Shown here: positions 25,940-39,300 of the stretch, piece by piece
How the letters are laid out: every line of letters starts with the position of its first letter
Numbering within the stretch: the first letter of the stretch is position 1
Assembly: GCA_032718475.1 (NCBI GenBank)
Contig: JAUCBJ010007881.1
Coordinates: 19,760-83,759 of the forward strand
Reading direction: 5' to 3'
DNA length: 64,000 nt
Source of the DNA: Nemertoderma westbladi
Lineage: Eukaryota; Animalia; Xenacoelomorpha
Program-made: the position numbers and the translations under genes
Notes under the pieces: generated by a model
The model's input: the letters and a program-made list of their open reading frames with translations, nothing else
Database searches by the model: none
Told to the model about the DNA's origin: nothing

Positions 25940-26760
25940 AGCTGCTATATGAGTTTATCGATATTATAATTAATTATATTTAGGCTAGCGGTCATCGCTG
26001 CCTCCCCCTCAATGCCCCCGGACAGCGCAAGATCCTCAGCGCTGATGTACTGTCGTCGCTGTGCCTCTTGCCAACGTAGTAGCTACACAACGACAACAAT
26101 AACCAGCGCGAGTCACTCCACTGTCCGTCCCAAGGGCTTAGAATTACTTCAGGTTTTTGCTACAGAGGTAGGGTAACTTTCACAACTGCGACTCGCTACT
26201 GTAAACACACTTTAGTAGTGACATTCACTTATAAATGCACAAATTCCACACAACTGTCACAAATTGTACACATTCGGGCCATTTGTCCGTTAGTCAAGTG
26301 CCTTCCAGAATGCCACGTTATTATTATGTATCCCTGGATACTAGCAGTGTGCTATTTATTCCGTATGCTATTCAATGGGGCAAGCTTTCTATTGTTCTTT
26401 TAATTCGCTTCTAATTCTAGCGTGGTTGTTGCTATGGTGACATTATGGAAAGCTAGCAGTAGAATAAGGGTAATTCTCATGCATACAGATCTGGGATGCC
26501 ATTTAATAGTAATTCTTTAATTGTCAATATTCCCCTAGTTATACATGATTTTATGAATTTTATCGGCTATTGACTATACATTGGAGATTCTCTCACACTA
26601 ATATATTTAATAGGGTGAATCTCCGCTCCCATGATCTATTAATTAATGGAATTTTGGGAATGTTATAAATTGTATAAAATGACAATTTATCAAATTCATG
26701 AGAGGATATGAATTTAAAATTATTCCCGTAAATTTTATTATTTGACACTAAATAGACACA

Positions 26761-27170
26761 ATTTTATTCCAGAGCATGTCTGATCCTAGGACTTCGGATC
26801 TCCGGACTAGGATCCTTAATTCTAGGAAATTTGTCCTTTTAAGAGTATCGGTAAGTGCTACGATATCTTAATCGACTAGAATTTTAAAGGATCTGAATTT
26901 TAACAGATTTTGGATTTCTAGATTTCCTTGGTTTACAAACTCCTTAGAGTTGATTTGTCTGCTTTTTACTCTATTACAACATTTGTTTTAATAGATTTTA
27001 TAAATATTTATTAAATATTTTATTTTTAAGATGGGCACCGATTTATTCCAGAACATGTCTGGGGACGTTAACCACTGATTCTAGAATTTTGTCTTTCAAG
27101 TATATCGGCGGGTGCCGCGATATCTTAATCGACTAGAATTGCAGATGGTCAAAGGGTTTAACAGATTTAT
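26761..27170 (-). ncRNA. Two diverged copies of a putative structured cis-RNA element (26761-26910, 27041-27170)
   Basis: Shared blocks TTATTCCAGARCATGTCTG, ATTCTAG, CGATATCTTAATCGACTAGAATT, TTAACAGATTT, with compensatory changes in predicted stems. Confidence 0.5.
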
Positions 27171-27699
27171 TTTGCGTTTTACGGTTTTACGTTAAATGGA
27201 CATCATTCTACTATATGTATTATTTAATATACGGTATGAGAGCAATATTGCAAGAAGCAATGTCAGTGAGAAGAGGGAAGTCGTTTCCAAGGTCTACCCA
27301 GAGCTTGGTTTAGCCGAGACACGAGGATCTGAACTTTGCATTCCTAATACTCTACTTACCAATAATACTTGAGTATAGTAGGGGCAGTATTGTAATTTTA
27401 ATAAGTACAGACATTTCTTCTTACTGTAGTCACATATTTATAATATGATACGGACAGTAAGGAAAGAGAAAATGAATTGTTTCTCGCCGTTAAACTAAAT
27501 ATATAATGTTAAGTAATTAAGTAATAAACACGAATATATATATTGCACTAATCTTCTAAATAATCGCTAAAATAATATTCTGCTAAATAAAATTAAAGAA
27601 AACGATTATAATAAAATTACATAATAATACATACATAAATATAAAAATAATAAAAAACAGATATAAAATAATGTAGTCACACACCCACTCCAGACTCTC

Positions 27700-30600
27700 T
27701 TACGTTGGGGAGTCCCTAGATGTTTGTTGGAATAGGGAGGTGGTCGTGGGAAGAGTATCTTGCCTTCCATAGTTTCCGGATAGCTCTCGGTCTCTTTCCA
27801 GTAAACATAAACGACCAACTGGGCGATTGAGTTGTTGTGTTTCGAATACAATTCCAGGTTTCTTAAAGTTACGTCGCATGACGACGAGTTCTACTCTGTT
27901 GGCCACTCTGTTGGTAACGAAGACGCTGAACTGACAGACTTCATTGGTTATATACTCCAAAACGAGTAAACTTTAGCAGTTCTCCCTTAAGTGAATCATC
28001 CCACGAGTGGTTTTCAAGCCACATTTGTTGCACTAAGCTCCGAGCAACCAATATAACTGGACTAATAAATCCCAATGGATCGAAATAAGTGCTCAGTATA
28101 CTTAGGCAAATCCGTTTAGTTCTAACTGGATTCTCTCGCTGTTTTTACAGGAAAAACAAGATATCTCTCTCCGTGTCCCATTTTAAACCAAGTGTCTTGG
28201 TTTCCGGAAGATCGTCCTTGATGAGGTCCAGATCTTTAACACCTCGGTCTTCTACCGGGATCGATTCCAAAAACTCACGGGAGTTACTAGTGAATTTGGT
28301 TAGTCAAAATCCACCGCGTTGCAAGCACTCCACCGTTCCCTTGGCAACATCAATGGCTTCTTCCACCGATGGGAGGGACTTTAAATTGTCGTCCATGTAT
28401 ATATCCCGTTTGATGTTGTCGATAACCGCTTTAGAGAAGGCGTCTCGGTTGTCATCAGCAGTGGTACGCACTACTGAACAAGCGTTCGAGGGGCTTGAGA
28501 TGATCCTGAAAGCCTGGATGGTCATCCAGTACTCCACCGGTTTTAGGTTGAGGTCTCCTTCAGGCCACCACAGAAATCGTAGGCTGTCTCGATCCCTATC
28601 CAGCGCCTTGACTTGTAAGAACATGCCTTCTATATCCGAAGCGAAAGCGATAGAATATTGCCGTAATCTTAATAGTATTCCCAACAAGGATTGGAGTAAG
28701 TTGGGTCCCGGCAACAATTCGGAGTTCAGGGATTGACCCATGTAAAGGGCGGAGCCGTCGAACACTACCCGGACTTCGTTGGGTTTACCGGGTTTGGGAA
28801 CGTAATGGTGTGTTAGATAATACGTTCTCTCTGTTATGTGTGTTTCTTCCGGTACTCGCTCCGCGTATCCCTTATCGATAAATTTCTTAGCTGGGTTTTA
28901 TACATTTCCCTGGCTGAAACATTGGCTGTAAGACGCCAATGTAGTTGTGCGATTCTCTTTTCCGCTAAAGGTCGGTTATTTATAAAGTTGGGTTCTCGCC
29001 GTCGGAACGGAAGACCAATCTCATAGCGACCTTCATCTTTCAGAAAACGGGTAGTCGTTTCCTGAATCTGCTTGGCTCTCTCTTCCTCGACGGACAAGGC
29101 CTTGTCGTAGGAATTGGGCTCTACGGCTTCTTGAGTAAGGAATCGTACGGCGTGTTCATCGCGAATTTTGTTATTGTATCGATCTATCACTTCGTTTAAT
29201 TCGTCGTTATATGTGAATTGTCCACCTTGTTGATCGATGAGATGGCACAAGTTTACTTGGTTTACCCAAGTTTGATTTTCGGTGAGGAGGTCGATTGTAT
29301 TTTCCTCGTCATATCAGTGGTGGTTTCTCCCTCACTGATTTCTTCTTCCCATTCACTCACCTGATGTATCCTGTCATTAGGGAGTCTTTCCATTAGGGTT
29401 CTATGGGAAGGTCCAGTGAAGAACCAACCTACTCTCGTTCTTCCCGCATACGTTTGTAATGGTTGCGGTCGAGCAGGCCGTTTTTCTAAGGTCTCAAGCG
29501 CTTCGTGCGCGTTTTGGCCGATTAATATCTGAACCCCTGGGTAATCGGTGTTGAATCTAGGGATATCATGTTGCTGGGTAAAATGGTCTTCATCCCAGTT
29601 GTAAGGCTCCACTTGGCTAGTAGCAAAGTTCTTTATCGCCACCATTTTTACCGACCTTACGCTATGTTCTCCTAGTTCATCCTGGGGAGTGAACAACTCA
29701 CCCACATAGTAGTCTGTAGCTACTGTGGATTTCCAAACCTGCATAATTCCTGAAAGGTTCAACTTAGTTCGGAACTTGGGTTGTCCAGCAAAGATGTCTT
29801 CGGCTAGTTCTTTGTCGATGAATTTACCTGTACTGCCGGAGTCAAGGAGGGCGTTTACTATCAGGCTCTTCCCTACACCATGGACTCTCAGTTGCACCAC
29901 AGGGAATTCCCGGATTCCGACGTTAGAAGTTGGCGCTTTCCAAGATGGTTGTCGGTCCGGAATAGTCAGTCGAGGCTCTTCATTGTCGGTTTCAGTCTCA
30001 TATGTAAGTGCTCGATACACCGCGGTGTTTATCATATAACAGGATTCGTTTTCGTCGGAAAATTCGTCCGTGTAGAATCCTTCCATCTCAGAGCTGTGGT
30101 CAGTGTCGTTCACATCACTGAATTGGACATGTAGTTCGGGCTCACTTACCTGACTCGTGCGGGTTCTGTCAAATTCAGTGTGCAGCAAGATATGATGTTT
30201 TGCGCCGCACTTAGCACACCTAGCATCTGAGTAACAGGTCCACCGTTGGTGTCCTCGTCTGAGGCAATTATAACACAACCGCTTATCCCACATGACATCA
30301 CGTCTATCCTTAAGGGATTTCTTCAAGAATTCATCACACCCACTCAAGCGATGTGGCCCGTCGCACAATGCACATTAGGGTTTGATATTACTTACTTTAA
30401 CCTGTGTGGTGTTGTGCAACTTGTTCTTTCTTCGAGCTTTCTTCCATGAATTCTCTTAGGAGACGTACGAGGAGTTGTTACCTGTTCTCTCCTGTCACTG
30501 GTTCGAGACTTAAATTTACTTACGTCCTTTCTCGTTTTATTGACATAATAAGATCTTTCGGTGTCTTTCCCGCTGTTCTCCTCGTATGAGGTTTGGCTTT

Positions 30601-32578
30601 CGCCGTCGTCTGTATAACACACTGGTGTTACCTTTCTCCTAGAAATGGGTTTTTCACTCACCTTATTTTCCGGTGTCTTCTCTCGGGACTGCTTTAGGAG
30701 CTGTAATCTTACCTCTCCATTTAAGAATGACATGAGATCAGCCATGGTAGGGTCCCTTTGTTGCTGGTCCATCATATAGAGAACCCTTTTGTCCCAATGC
30801 ATACCTACTCCACCTTTTGGCAAAGTAGATGCTACGGCTCCAACAACAATAGAACTCTGATATTCCTGAGACTTACCTAGCCAATCTAACTGTCTACATA
30901 TCTCCTGGATCTCATCGAAAAATTCTATAATCCCGCTGCTAAGAAACTTTCGGGGCGCTACTAATTTCGCATACAAATACCTAGCTATGTTAGTCCTATT
31001 ACCATACCTGATGTTTAGTGTATCCCAAACTTGTCTTAATCCATCTGGATGTCCAATAAACTTTAACGCCATTAACTTGGGAGGTCCATCCAGGCACTCG
31101 ATAAGGAATCTAAGTTTCTCTCCGTTGGATAGTACAGAGTTCTGTATATTTTCTTTATAATATTCATTAAAAGGTAACCATTTCATCTCATCTCCATTGA
31201 ACTTGACGACCTCTCCCACCTTTACCGCTTGACGGGCTTCGGTTCTAACCATTTGACGCGTAAAACTTTCTTGAGCCATCGTATTATTTAATATCGAGTT
31301 ATCGGTATATAAATTTCTCGGATTATGATCAGATCTGTATGGGATATCATTGTCAACAGGTTTATAATTACCCTTAATAGGGTTTACTATAGGAGTTTCT
31401 ACTTCACTAGCAGTATAGATGCGTGTAGGCTCCACACCTTGCGCATGAAATACTTCAGACCTAACAGGTTGACACATTGTTACAGGGGGTGGTGGTATAC
31501 CCATTTGTATATTTACTAATTTATCGCGCTCTAAAGCGATACTCTGCTGCACTTCTTGCAACTCTAACCTACTCTCTCTTACTGTTCCCTTTAACTGCTG
31601 AACAGTCCCTTCCAACTCTCGGACCTGCTGGGAAGAAAGTCTTTTATGTTCTTCCAGCTGCCCACGATTCATCCCCCGCCGTCCCTCGTCCACCCACTCA
31701 ACCGCTGCCGCGGGAGCCGCCAACGTGGTAGCCGGGTGACGCGTGGGGACGACGGGAGACAAGTCATTTATGTCTTGCTCGGCGTCCAGGACCGGGAGTG
31801 ATTCAGGGGCTAGTCTACTGGGCACAGGTAGTTTAGTACTGTGCAAAGGGAATTTAGAGTTAGGTTCTGTAAGTATAGGGGTCTCTATCACTGGAGTGAC
31901 TTCAATGACAGGCCTAATTATTTCGGGCTCATCTACTATAGTAGGGAGTCTTTCTATTCTAATAATTTGGTCTGTAGGTTCAGGATTACTTAAATCTACA
32001 CTAGCTAGTTGCCTTTTCACAGCTGGAGGCAAATTAGGCAATTTCTGATGGTGTGGCGTTCTTCTACGTCCGCTGGAACGAGATTTATTTCCTCCACCTT
32101 CGGGATCTGTTGTATCACCCTCATCGGAGGAGGTAAATCCCTGTCTTCTGGGAGTAGATCGACTCAGTAACTGCATCTGAGTAGCTGTCCTTTGTTTCTT
32201 CAAGTAATCTTGTTTCGCCTGAAGGTTCTCCAGCTCTAGTTGGGTAGTCGCTTCAGACGCTTTCAGTACTGCTTCTGCCACTGCCGCCTTTCTTTCAGCC
32301 TCTGCAGCTAATGCCTTCCTCTCAGATTCTGCCGCTGTCGCTGCCGCTGCTGCTTTTCTTTCAGATTCCGCCACTGCTGCTGACCTTCAGTCTTCTATTT
32401 GCCGTTTCTTTAATTGTTCTTCTTGATCCATTGCCATGTGGATGCTTTCATCATATTTAGCCTGCTCCGTGGCTAATATTTCCGCATCTAACGAGTCCAA
32501 CACAAATTTGGCTCCCTCACTATTAGGATGAAGTCCAGCTAGCCGTCTCCTTAGCTCTTTGTCACCTATAAATCGTTG
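27700..32578 (-). pseudogene. gag-pol: Outer element gag (3' part)-protease-RT pseudogene with RNase H and integrase remnants
   Basis: KFNGD...LIECLDG gag core; knuckles CYNCLRRGHQRWTC and CAKCGAKHHILLH; protease LLDSGS; RT SDIEGMFLQV and YMDD; FDPLG; fused FVTNRV and RPVGRLCLLE; multiple stops and frameshifts. Confidence 0.92.
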
Positions 32579-32583
32579 ATAGT

Positions 32584-33104
32584 TGTTAGCTTATTCAATA
32601 AAGTTATAAGCCGATAAGCAATATTGGGAGCCACGAGATTGGGCAATTAACCAACTCGTGCCATCCCAATAAGAATGGGAAGGAAGCACACAATGAGGGT
32701 CAGGGGCCAAACCCCTAACCCAGAGAGAATAGGTGGAGTGAATGGGAACACTCCAAAGGGCGCCAACAAGGGTATCAACCAATCAGAGGGGGGAAAGGCA
32801 TCGATTAGGTAGAGTAACAAGGCCAACCGTGCAATATAGCCACTTGGCAGTAATAATACCAATTCAGTTATCTCAGTGCAATACCGGTGCTAGTTTAGGT
32901 TATTACATAGTTTTAGATAGGGAAGGACCGGGACTTTAGTTACCGTATCCCGCCTTCCATATACGACAATACTATATCTATATCTATATCCGCATATCAT
33001 ATTATATACGACAAACAACATCAGAACTCATTCACTCTTTATACACGGCGGGGACGCGTGAACTAAAACCGGATAAACCGGGATCCCTCTTGGATGCCGT
33101 CACA
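32584..33104 (+). repeat. 5' LTR of inner element (521 bp)
   Basis: Matches 46190-46726 except a 16-bp indel and about three substitutions. Confidence 0.97.
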
Positions 33105-33172
33105 GTAACTAAACCAGCTGCCGCCCTAGATAAACTCAATAACCACTAGCCACCGAAATCTGCAGAAGAGAG

Positions 33173-36100
33173 ATGAGTCGGTCAGGTGACACGACACCGA
33201 CGCGGACCCCGGACGAAGAGCTAACGATCCGCGAGGCCGCAACCAGGCGATACAGGCCCACAACGCCGGACCCATCGGTAACGGGTCATCCGGCAGTTCA
33301 GGACGAGGGGGGCCTGGAACCCGAGGTCGAACCGAGAGAAAGAGAGAGCGAGACGGAGGGAGACGGAGACGAGTCGACACGGGACGGGGGTCGACGCACC
33401 GGTGTCGCCGGCCAGCCACAGGCCGAGGGCGACGAGCGGCCTGCCGAAACGGCGACGGTGGGGCCGACGGTGCGGCCCCGGACGCAGAGAGACGAAGGAG
33501 ATATCGGTACCGATGTCGCCGGCCAGCCACAGGCTGAGGGCGACGGACGGCCCGCCGGAACGGCGACGGTGGGGCCGCCGGTATGACGTCGGACCCGGAG
33601 AGACGGACGAAAGATCGGCGACGAGGACGTCGGGGTTTCTGATCGACTCCGACAGGCCTACAACGCGACCCAAAGACTAATAAAGGACGCTAAGAAGGAA
33701 GGGGCGGAGATAGACGAGGTGAGACTGAGGAAACGACTAGGTGAGTCGGATAGACACTTTAATTACCTAATGCGTTTTGGGCAGAGGGAACTAGCCGAGG
33801 AGAGAGCAAAAGGGGTTGCCAGCGAACTGTTTGAACTATGGGAATGTGGGAGTATGGAACCTAGTGTAGCGTCAGTGTACATAGGGCCATACTTGGTCGA
33901 TGCCCGGGGAGTAAAATTAGTGGGTTGGAACAGACCTGAGGAGGGCGAATCCGAGGCTGACCCCGCGGATTCGGTCTCGTCGGTCAGAGGGAGTTCCGGG
34001 AGGAGGGGGAGAGCTAGTAGATCGGGAAGGCGGAGGGAATCCTCCACAACCGATAAGTCTGCTACATCCTCCGCAAAAGAAAGACGGGTGAGAGAGATAG
34101 ACGCTAGGTACCGTCTCAATCTAGCAGTGCAAGGTAATAGAGAAGTAGGTAGACGGCTAGAGGAAGGGAGAGTGCTGCTGGAGAGGGAAATGGCGTCGAT
34201 TGGAGAGATAAGAGAGAGGGCCGAAAGGGCCGTGAGGAGCCTTAGGGAGTATGATGAAATAGAGTTGAAGGAACAAGAAGAGCGTGTGGCGAGAGAGAAA
34301 AGCGAACGCGAGAAGCGTGAAGCGAAGGAGGAAAGTGAACGCAGAGAGCGTGAAGCGAGGGAGGAGAGTGAGCGTAGAGCGCGTGAGGCGAGGCGAAGGG
34401 AGGGGATTAGGAGAGAGATGAAATTGGCCAAGCAGACCGAAAGGGAGGCTATGGATAAAATAGCAAAAGTGGAGCGTGAGCGAAAAGAATTGGAGAAACA
34501 GCGAGACAAACTCGTAGAGTATGAAGCTGTACACACGCGTGAGGTGGAACTGGCGCAGATGGGGGAGTCTGAGAGCGAGGCTGGCTCGAGTATTTTTGAG
34601 GAGCCGGGGGCCGTGGATACATTTATTAATACCCCACTTACAGGGACCGCACGACAGACCCAAAACTGGTGTGACCGTACGGGCGGGGGGGGTAATAATG
34701 ATAATGGTACAGTAGACGTGGTTAATATTAATAGTACCGTATGGGACAATTCTAATCAAACCTTTATTGCAGGAAATACTTTACCTAGTGGTAGTAATTT
34801 AAATTTAAATCAGAACATTCCTAATATTAATGTAGAAAATAATTCTAATATTAATGTAGCTACGCAAAATAATCCAATTAATCAAAGTAATAACCCAAAT
34901 TCGAACTTACAAAATAATTTTAAGTAATGCAATAACACAAAATAATCCAAATAACTTAAATAATTCAGCGAGCCCGAATTTACAAAATAATTCAGATAGT
35001 GTAGTCGCGCAAGATAATTCAAATGATTTTATTCCGAACGAACAAATTAATTCCGTTTCCAATACGGGTGCTATTAATGTAAACACGTCGGGCGTGTATG
35101 GCCAGACAGACGAGGGCCTGGTAGGCCACGTAGTTGGTAGGCAGGGAATAGCTGGGTTAGGTAGACCCGGCGAGGGCCTGGTAGGCCACGTAGTTGGTAG
35201 GCAGGGAGTAGCTGGGTTAGGTAGACCCAGCGAGGGCCTGGTAGGCCACGTAGTTGGTAGGCAGGGAGTGGCTGGGTTAGGTAGACCCAGCGAGGGCCTG
35301 GTAGGCCACATAGTTGGTAGGCAGGGAGTAGAGGGCCTGGTAGGCCACGCAATAGCAGAGGGAGAGGCGGGGGTGAATAGACCCGACCGCGGTAGGGTTG
35401 ATGTGTCGACTGGAGAGGGATATAGTAGCGGGGTGAGGAGTAGCGAAGTTAGATGTGGCGAGTGGGGGGGGGGGGGCTACGAGAACCCCACAACAGCGAG
35501 TTAGCGGCGAAAGGGGGGGCAGAGAGTGTCCCACAGCCGTCAGCGGATAATGCGCGGGCCAAAATAGGTAAACCGCAACAACCGGCGACGGAAAGTAATA
35601 GGGGGATTGCGAGTATCCCCAGCGGCGTGCGACCGAGCAGAGAGAGACAGGTTGACGTCGTAAGAGGGCGGACGAAGCGTCGAGCCCGATCAGAAGAGGG
35701 AAGAAGAACAGTGGGGTTTAACCGGGAGGTCGACGAGAGATCTCACGAGCGGGAATACTCCACTGAAAGGAGAAGAAGAGAAGACAGTAGTAGAGGTATC
35801 GCCGCGAACGATAGAAGAGCGAGGACGGATAGTGAGCCGTCGGTAGTTGAGATGAGAACGGAGAGTCAGTGGGGTCGGACTCCGGGAGATTGCCGTCGCC
35901 CCGGAGAGATGCGACCCGGCGAGGCGCACTACGCGCCGATGGAGGGGTACGCGATGTACCGGTACGAAGACGAGAACAGTAGAGGGGGGGGGTCGAAGAG
36001 AAACTTTCCGATGGAATACACCTATTGATCGAGAATACGGTAGCCGCGGGGAGGATTATTCGAGAAGAATAAACTTCGATCCCGAGCGACACATGCAGAC

Positions 36101-36328
36101 TGTAGGACATACTGTAGGCCTTACTGCACATACCATAGGCCATACTGAGAGAGGCAATGTAGGCGATAGGATGGCGTGGACAACGTGATTAAACCCGGAA
36201 GTCGCGGAATACATACCGGCGAGTAGGCCAGAAGCTGATAGGCCTATACCGGTACCAGCACAGCAGTATGACTACAGCATGCAGGGACATAACATATACC
36301 CAGGGGAGGGGGGAATTATTGCGGATAG
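33173..36328 (+). pseudogene. gag: N-terminal gag region of inner element, interrupted
   Basis: ATG at 33173 shares a frame with 33719-34927 across one TGA (33584). Further frame changes at ~34920 and in poly-G runs (~35465, ~35985), plus stops near 36030-36190. Contains DPADSVSSV, an E/R coiled coil and an Asn-rich tract. Confidence 0.75.
35111..35349 (+). repeat. 60-bp coding tandem repeat (~4 copies) in gag
   Basis: EGLVGHVVGRQGVAGLGRPS repeated. Confidence 0.9.
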
Positions 36329-39300
36329 GTGTATGGGCCCCAACATATTAACATCAACCCCAGTACCAAACATACCGGTGGGGGGGGGGGACAGGGTGAC
36401 ATTCCCCCATCACAATATCAACAATATACCCCGATAGGGGCAAGAACAACGAGACCCTTGGATGAGAATAGGTCGTGTGATACAGACATATGGAGGGGGC
36501 CGCTACCCCCGATGACATACCCAAGTCAGAGAAAGTCAAGAAATAGGACAGACGGAACGCACCAGACAGGAGAAACTATGCAGCACCCATCGAATCCATT
36601 GGAAGCGCAGGCGATGGGGATGGCCACGTTGATCGATGCGTTGAAAACGAGGATCGAGTTACCACCCGTGGAACCATTCAAATTCGATGGGAGCAGGCCG
36701 GAAGAATATCTACAGTTTCGGCGCATGTATAGTAACGAAATACTAACAAAGAACTTGACGCAGGCGGAGTGCCTAAAGTATCTGCAAGTGTACACGGGAG
36801 GCCCAGCATACGACATCGTGAGGCAATATCAAGGAATAGAGGGCGGCTTCACGACAGCATGGCGGGCACTGGATAGGGAATACGGGCACCCGGCCAAGAT
36901 CATCAGGCAGACGCTGAGAGGCATAACATCGGGTGGCCTACAGGATAATCCCGTTAGCATTAAGACGTTCGCTAACAAAGTCGAAAAGGCGCTAATCGTG
37001 CTGAAGACGCTAGACGCGCCGTACGAGCTCAATGCGTCCAACAACATCACCACGATAGCGCAGGCACTACCAAACTGGCTGCGCAACAAGTGGAGAAAAA
37101 TCGCCTTCTCCACTCGAGATAAGAAGGGTGCGGAACCGGGTTTAGAAGAAATGTCAAACTTCTTAAACTACGAGGCTGAACTAATAACTGACCCAGTCTA
37201 TAGCGAAGACAGCCTGGGAAAGGGACCGAAGACAGACTACCATAGACCGAAACCAGAGCACAACACATCGAACGCATTACCGAGACTCAGGCAATCATTG
37301 CCATATGCAGCGACGCAGGGGACTGCAAGTCCACAGCTAGCCGAGGATAAGACAACATCATGGAACGGACAGGGAAACAATAATAACACGAATAAACATA
37401 ACCCCAGTACGTCCAATAGGCAAAACCCAAACAATAAGAATAGTAGGGACTTTGGTACGAACGCAACTGCGATACGCAATGCACTGTATAAAGAGGGCTA
37501 CGACCCAAAGAGCAAATGTCAGCTACACGCAAATGCGCTTCATCAAACTATGAACTGCAGGTACTGGCAGGCGCTACCTAGGCAAGATCAGATAGACTAC
37601 GCGTTCAGCAATAAAATCTGCTCGCGATGTGTAATGAGTGGACATAGAGCAAGGGAGTGCAAGGAGAAGCCAATGAAATTTGGTCAAAGGAGAGGCCAAA
37701 CGATGGCGACGAGCACAGTAGGGGCGAAGAAGAGAGGAACGGTGCTACTTGGAGTAGTACCAGTACGAGTGATCGGGGAAGGCAATCGATCAGTAACAAC
37801 ACTAATGCTGGTTGATAGTGGAGCTGCCTTCACATTAGTCGAGGAATGGGTGGCCGAGGAGATAGGATTGAGAACGAGGCCAAGCAGGATGGCGGTAACA
37901 ACCATCTCTAGCAAAGATGAGATCCTGGAGATGAGAACAGGACGGTGCGCAATTGCAGCAGTGGCACCAGGATGCGACTATGGGGCAACCATCGACCCCA
38001 TTCAAGTGATAGAGTCAATTAATATCAATGCCAGGCGGCCAACCAACATCGAGGTCGAGCAGTATAAATTCCTGGACAACATTGACTTCTCAATCCCAGA
38101 CGTGGACGTTAGGAAGGTATCCATCATAGTAGGTATGGACTGCCCAACGGCCCACGAAAGAATGCAAACGGTCTTCGGCGAAGACAAGCAGAGTGACCCG
38201 GTGGCCATATTAACACCATTCGGGTGGACGCTGAGTGGTCCAATCAAGAGCAAGATACCATTTAGGATGTCGGAGACATCAGGATGCATGTTCGCGGGAA
38301 CAATGCAGGAAATGGGTGACGAGGGAGCAGAGGAGCAGCTCAAAAGACTGCTCAGACAAGATTTCGAGGGACTGAAAGAAACCGGGGTCGGGACCTCGGT
38401 AGAAGACAAGCAGGCTTTACAAAGCGTGGAGGAATCGATGACATGCAATGAGGGGCGGTATACTATAGGAATGGTATGGAAACTACCGAAGATACCGCTG
38501 CCCGACAATAGGGGGATGGTACTCACGAGACTCCGCAAGCTGAAACAAACACTAAAACGGAGCCCCGAGAAGAATGAGTACATCCACAGGACGATTAAGA
38601 AGTACGTCGAGAAAGGATGGGCCGTGGAGTTACCGGTCGACGAGCCGAACACGGATAGGACATATTACCTGCCACTGCACGTGGCTTTAGATCCAAAGAA
38701 AGGTAAACTAAGGATGGTAGTCGACGCATCGGCAAAGACCGACGGAAAGTGCTTAAACGACTACCTGTTAGAAGGCCCAAACATATACAATTCGGGCATA
38801 GAGGTGTTACTTAGATTTAGAAATGGGAAACACGCCTTCACGTGTGACATAGAAGGCATGTTCAACCAAGTCCGTGTAACGGAAGAAGATAGCGACAGTC
38901 AACGCTTCTTATGGTATAACGGCGAGGAAGAACCGTCGATAATACCGGCATATAAGATGGTAGTACAGAACATGGGGGCCAAGTCGTCTTCATTTACGAC
39001 GACTATGGCAGTGAGAGACACAGTAAAGGGGAGGGAAGATAGATACAGCAGTAGGGCCGTCGATATGATTCGACGCGGCTTCTACGTAGACGACGGAATG
39101 GAGTCTGGAAATACGGTTAAGGAGATACTGGATACAGGGCGCGAGGTTCGCGACATCCTAAAAGGATCCGGCTTTAACCTGACCAAATTCCAATCCAGTT
39201 CGGAAGAATTTATCAAAGCCATAGAGGACAGGAAACCAGAATCGACCATGGATAATCCCACAACAGCCAAAGGGCAGGACATGGCGATTAAGAGAACGGA

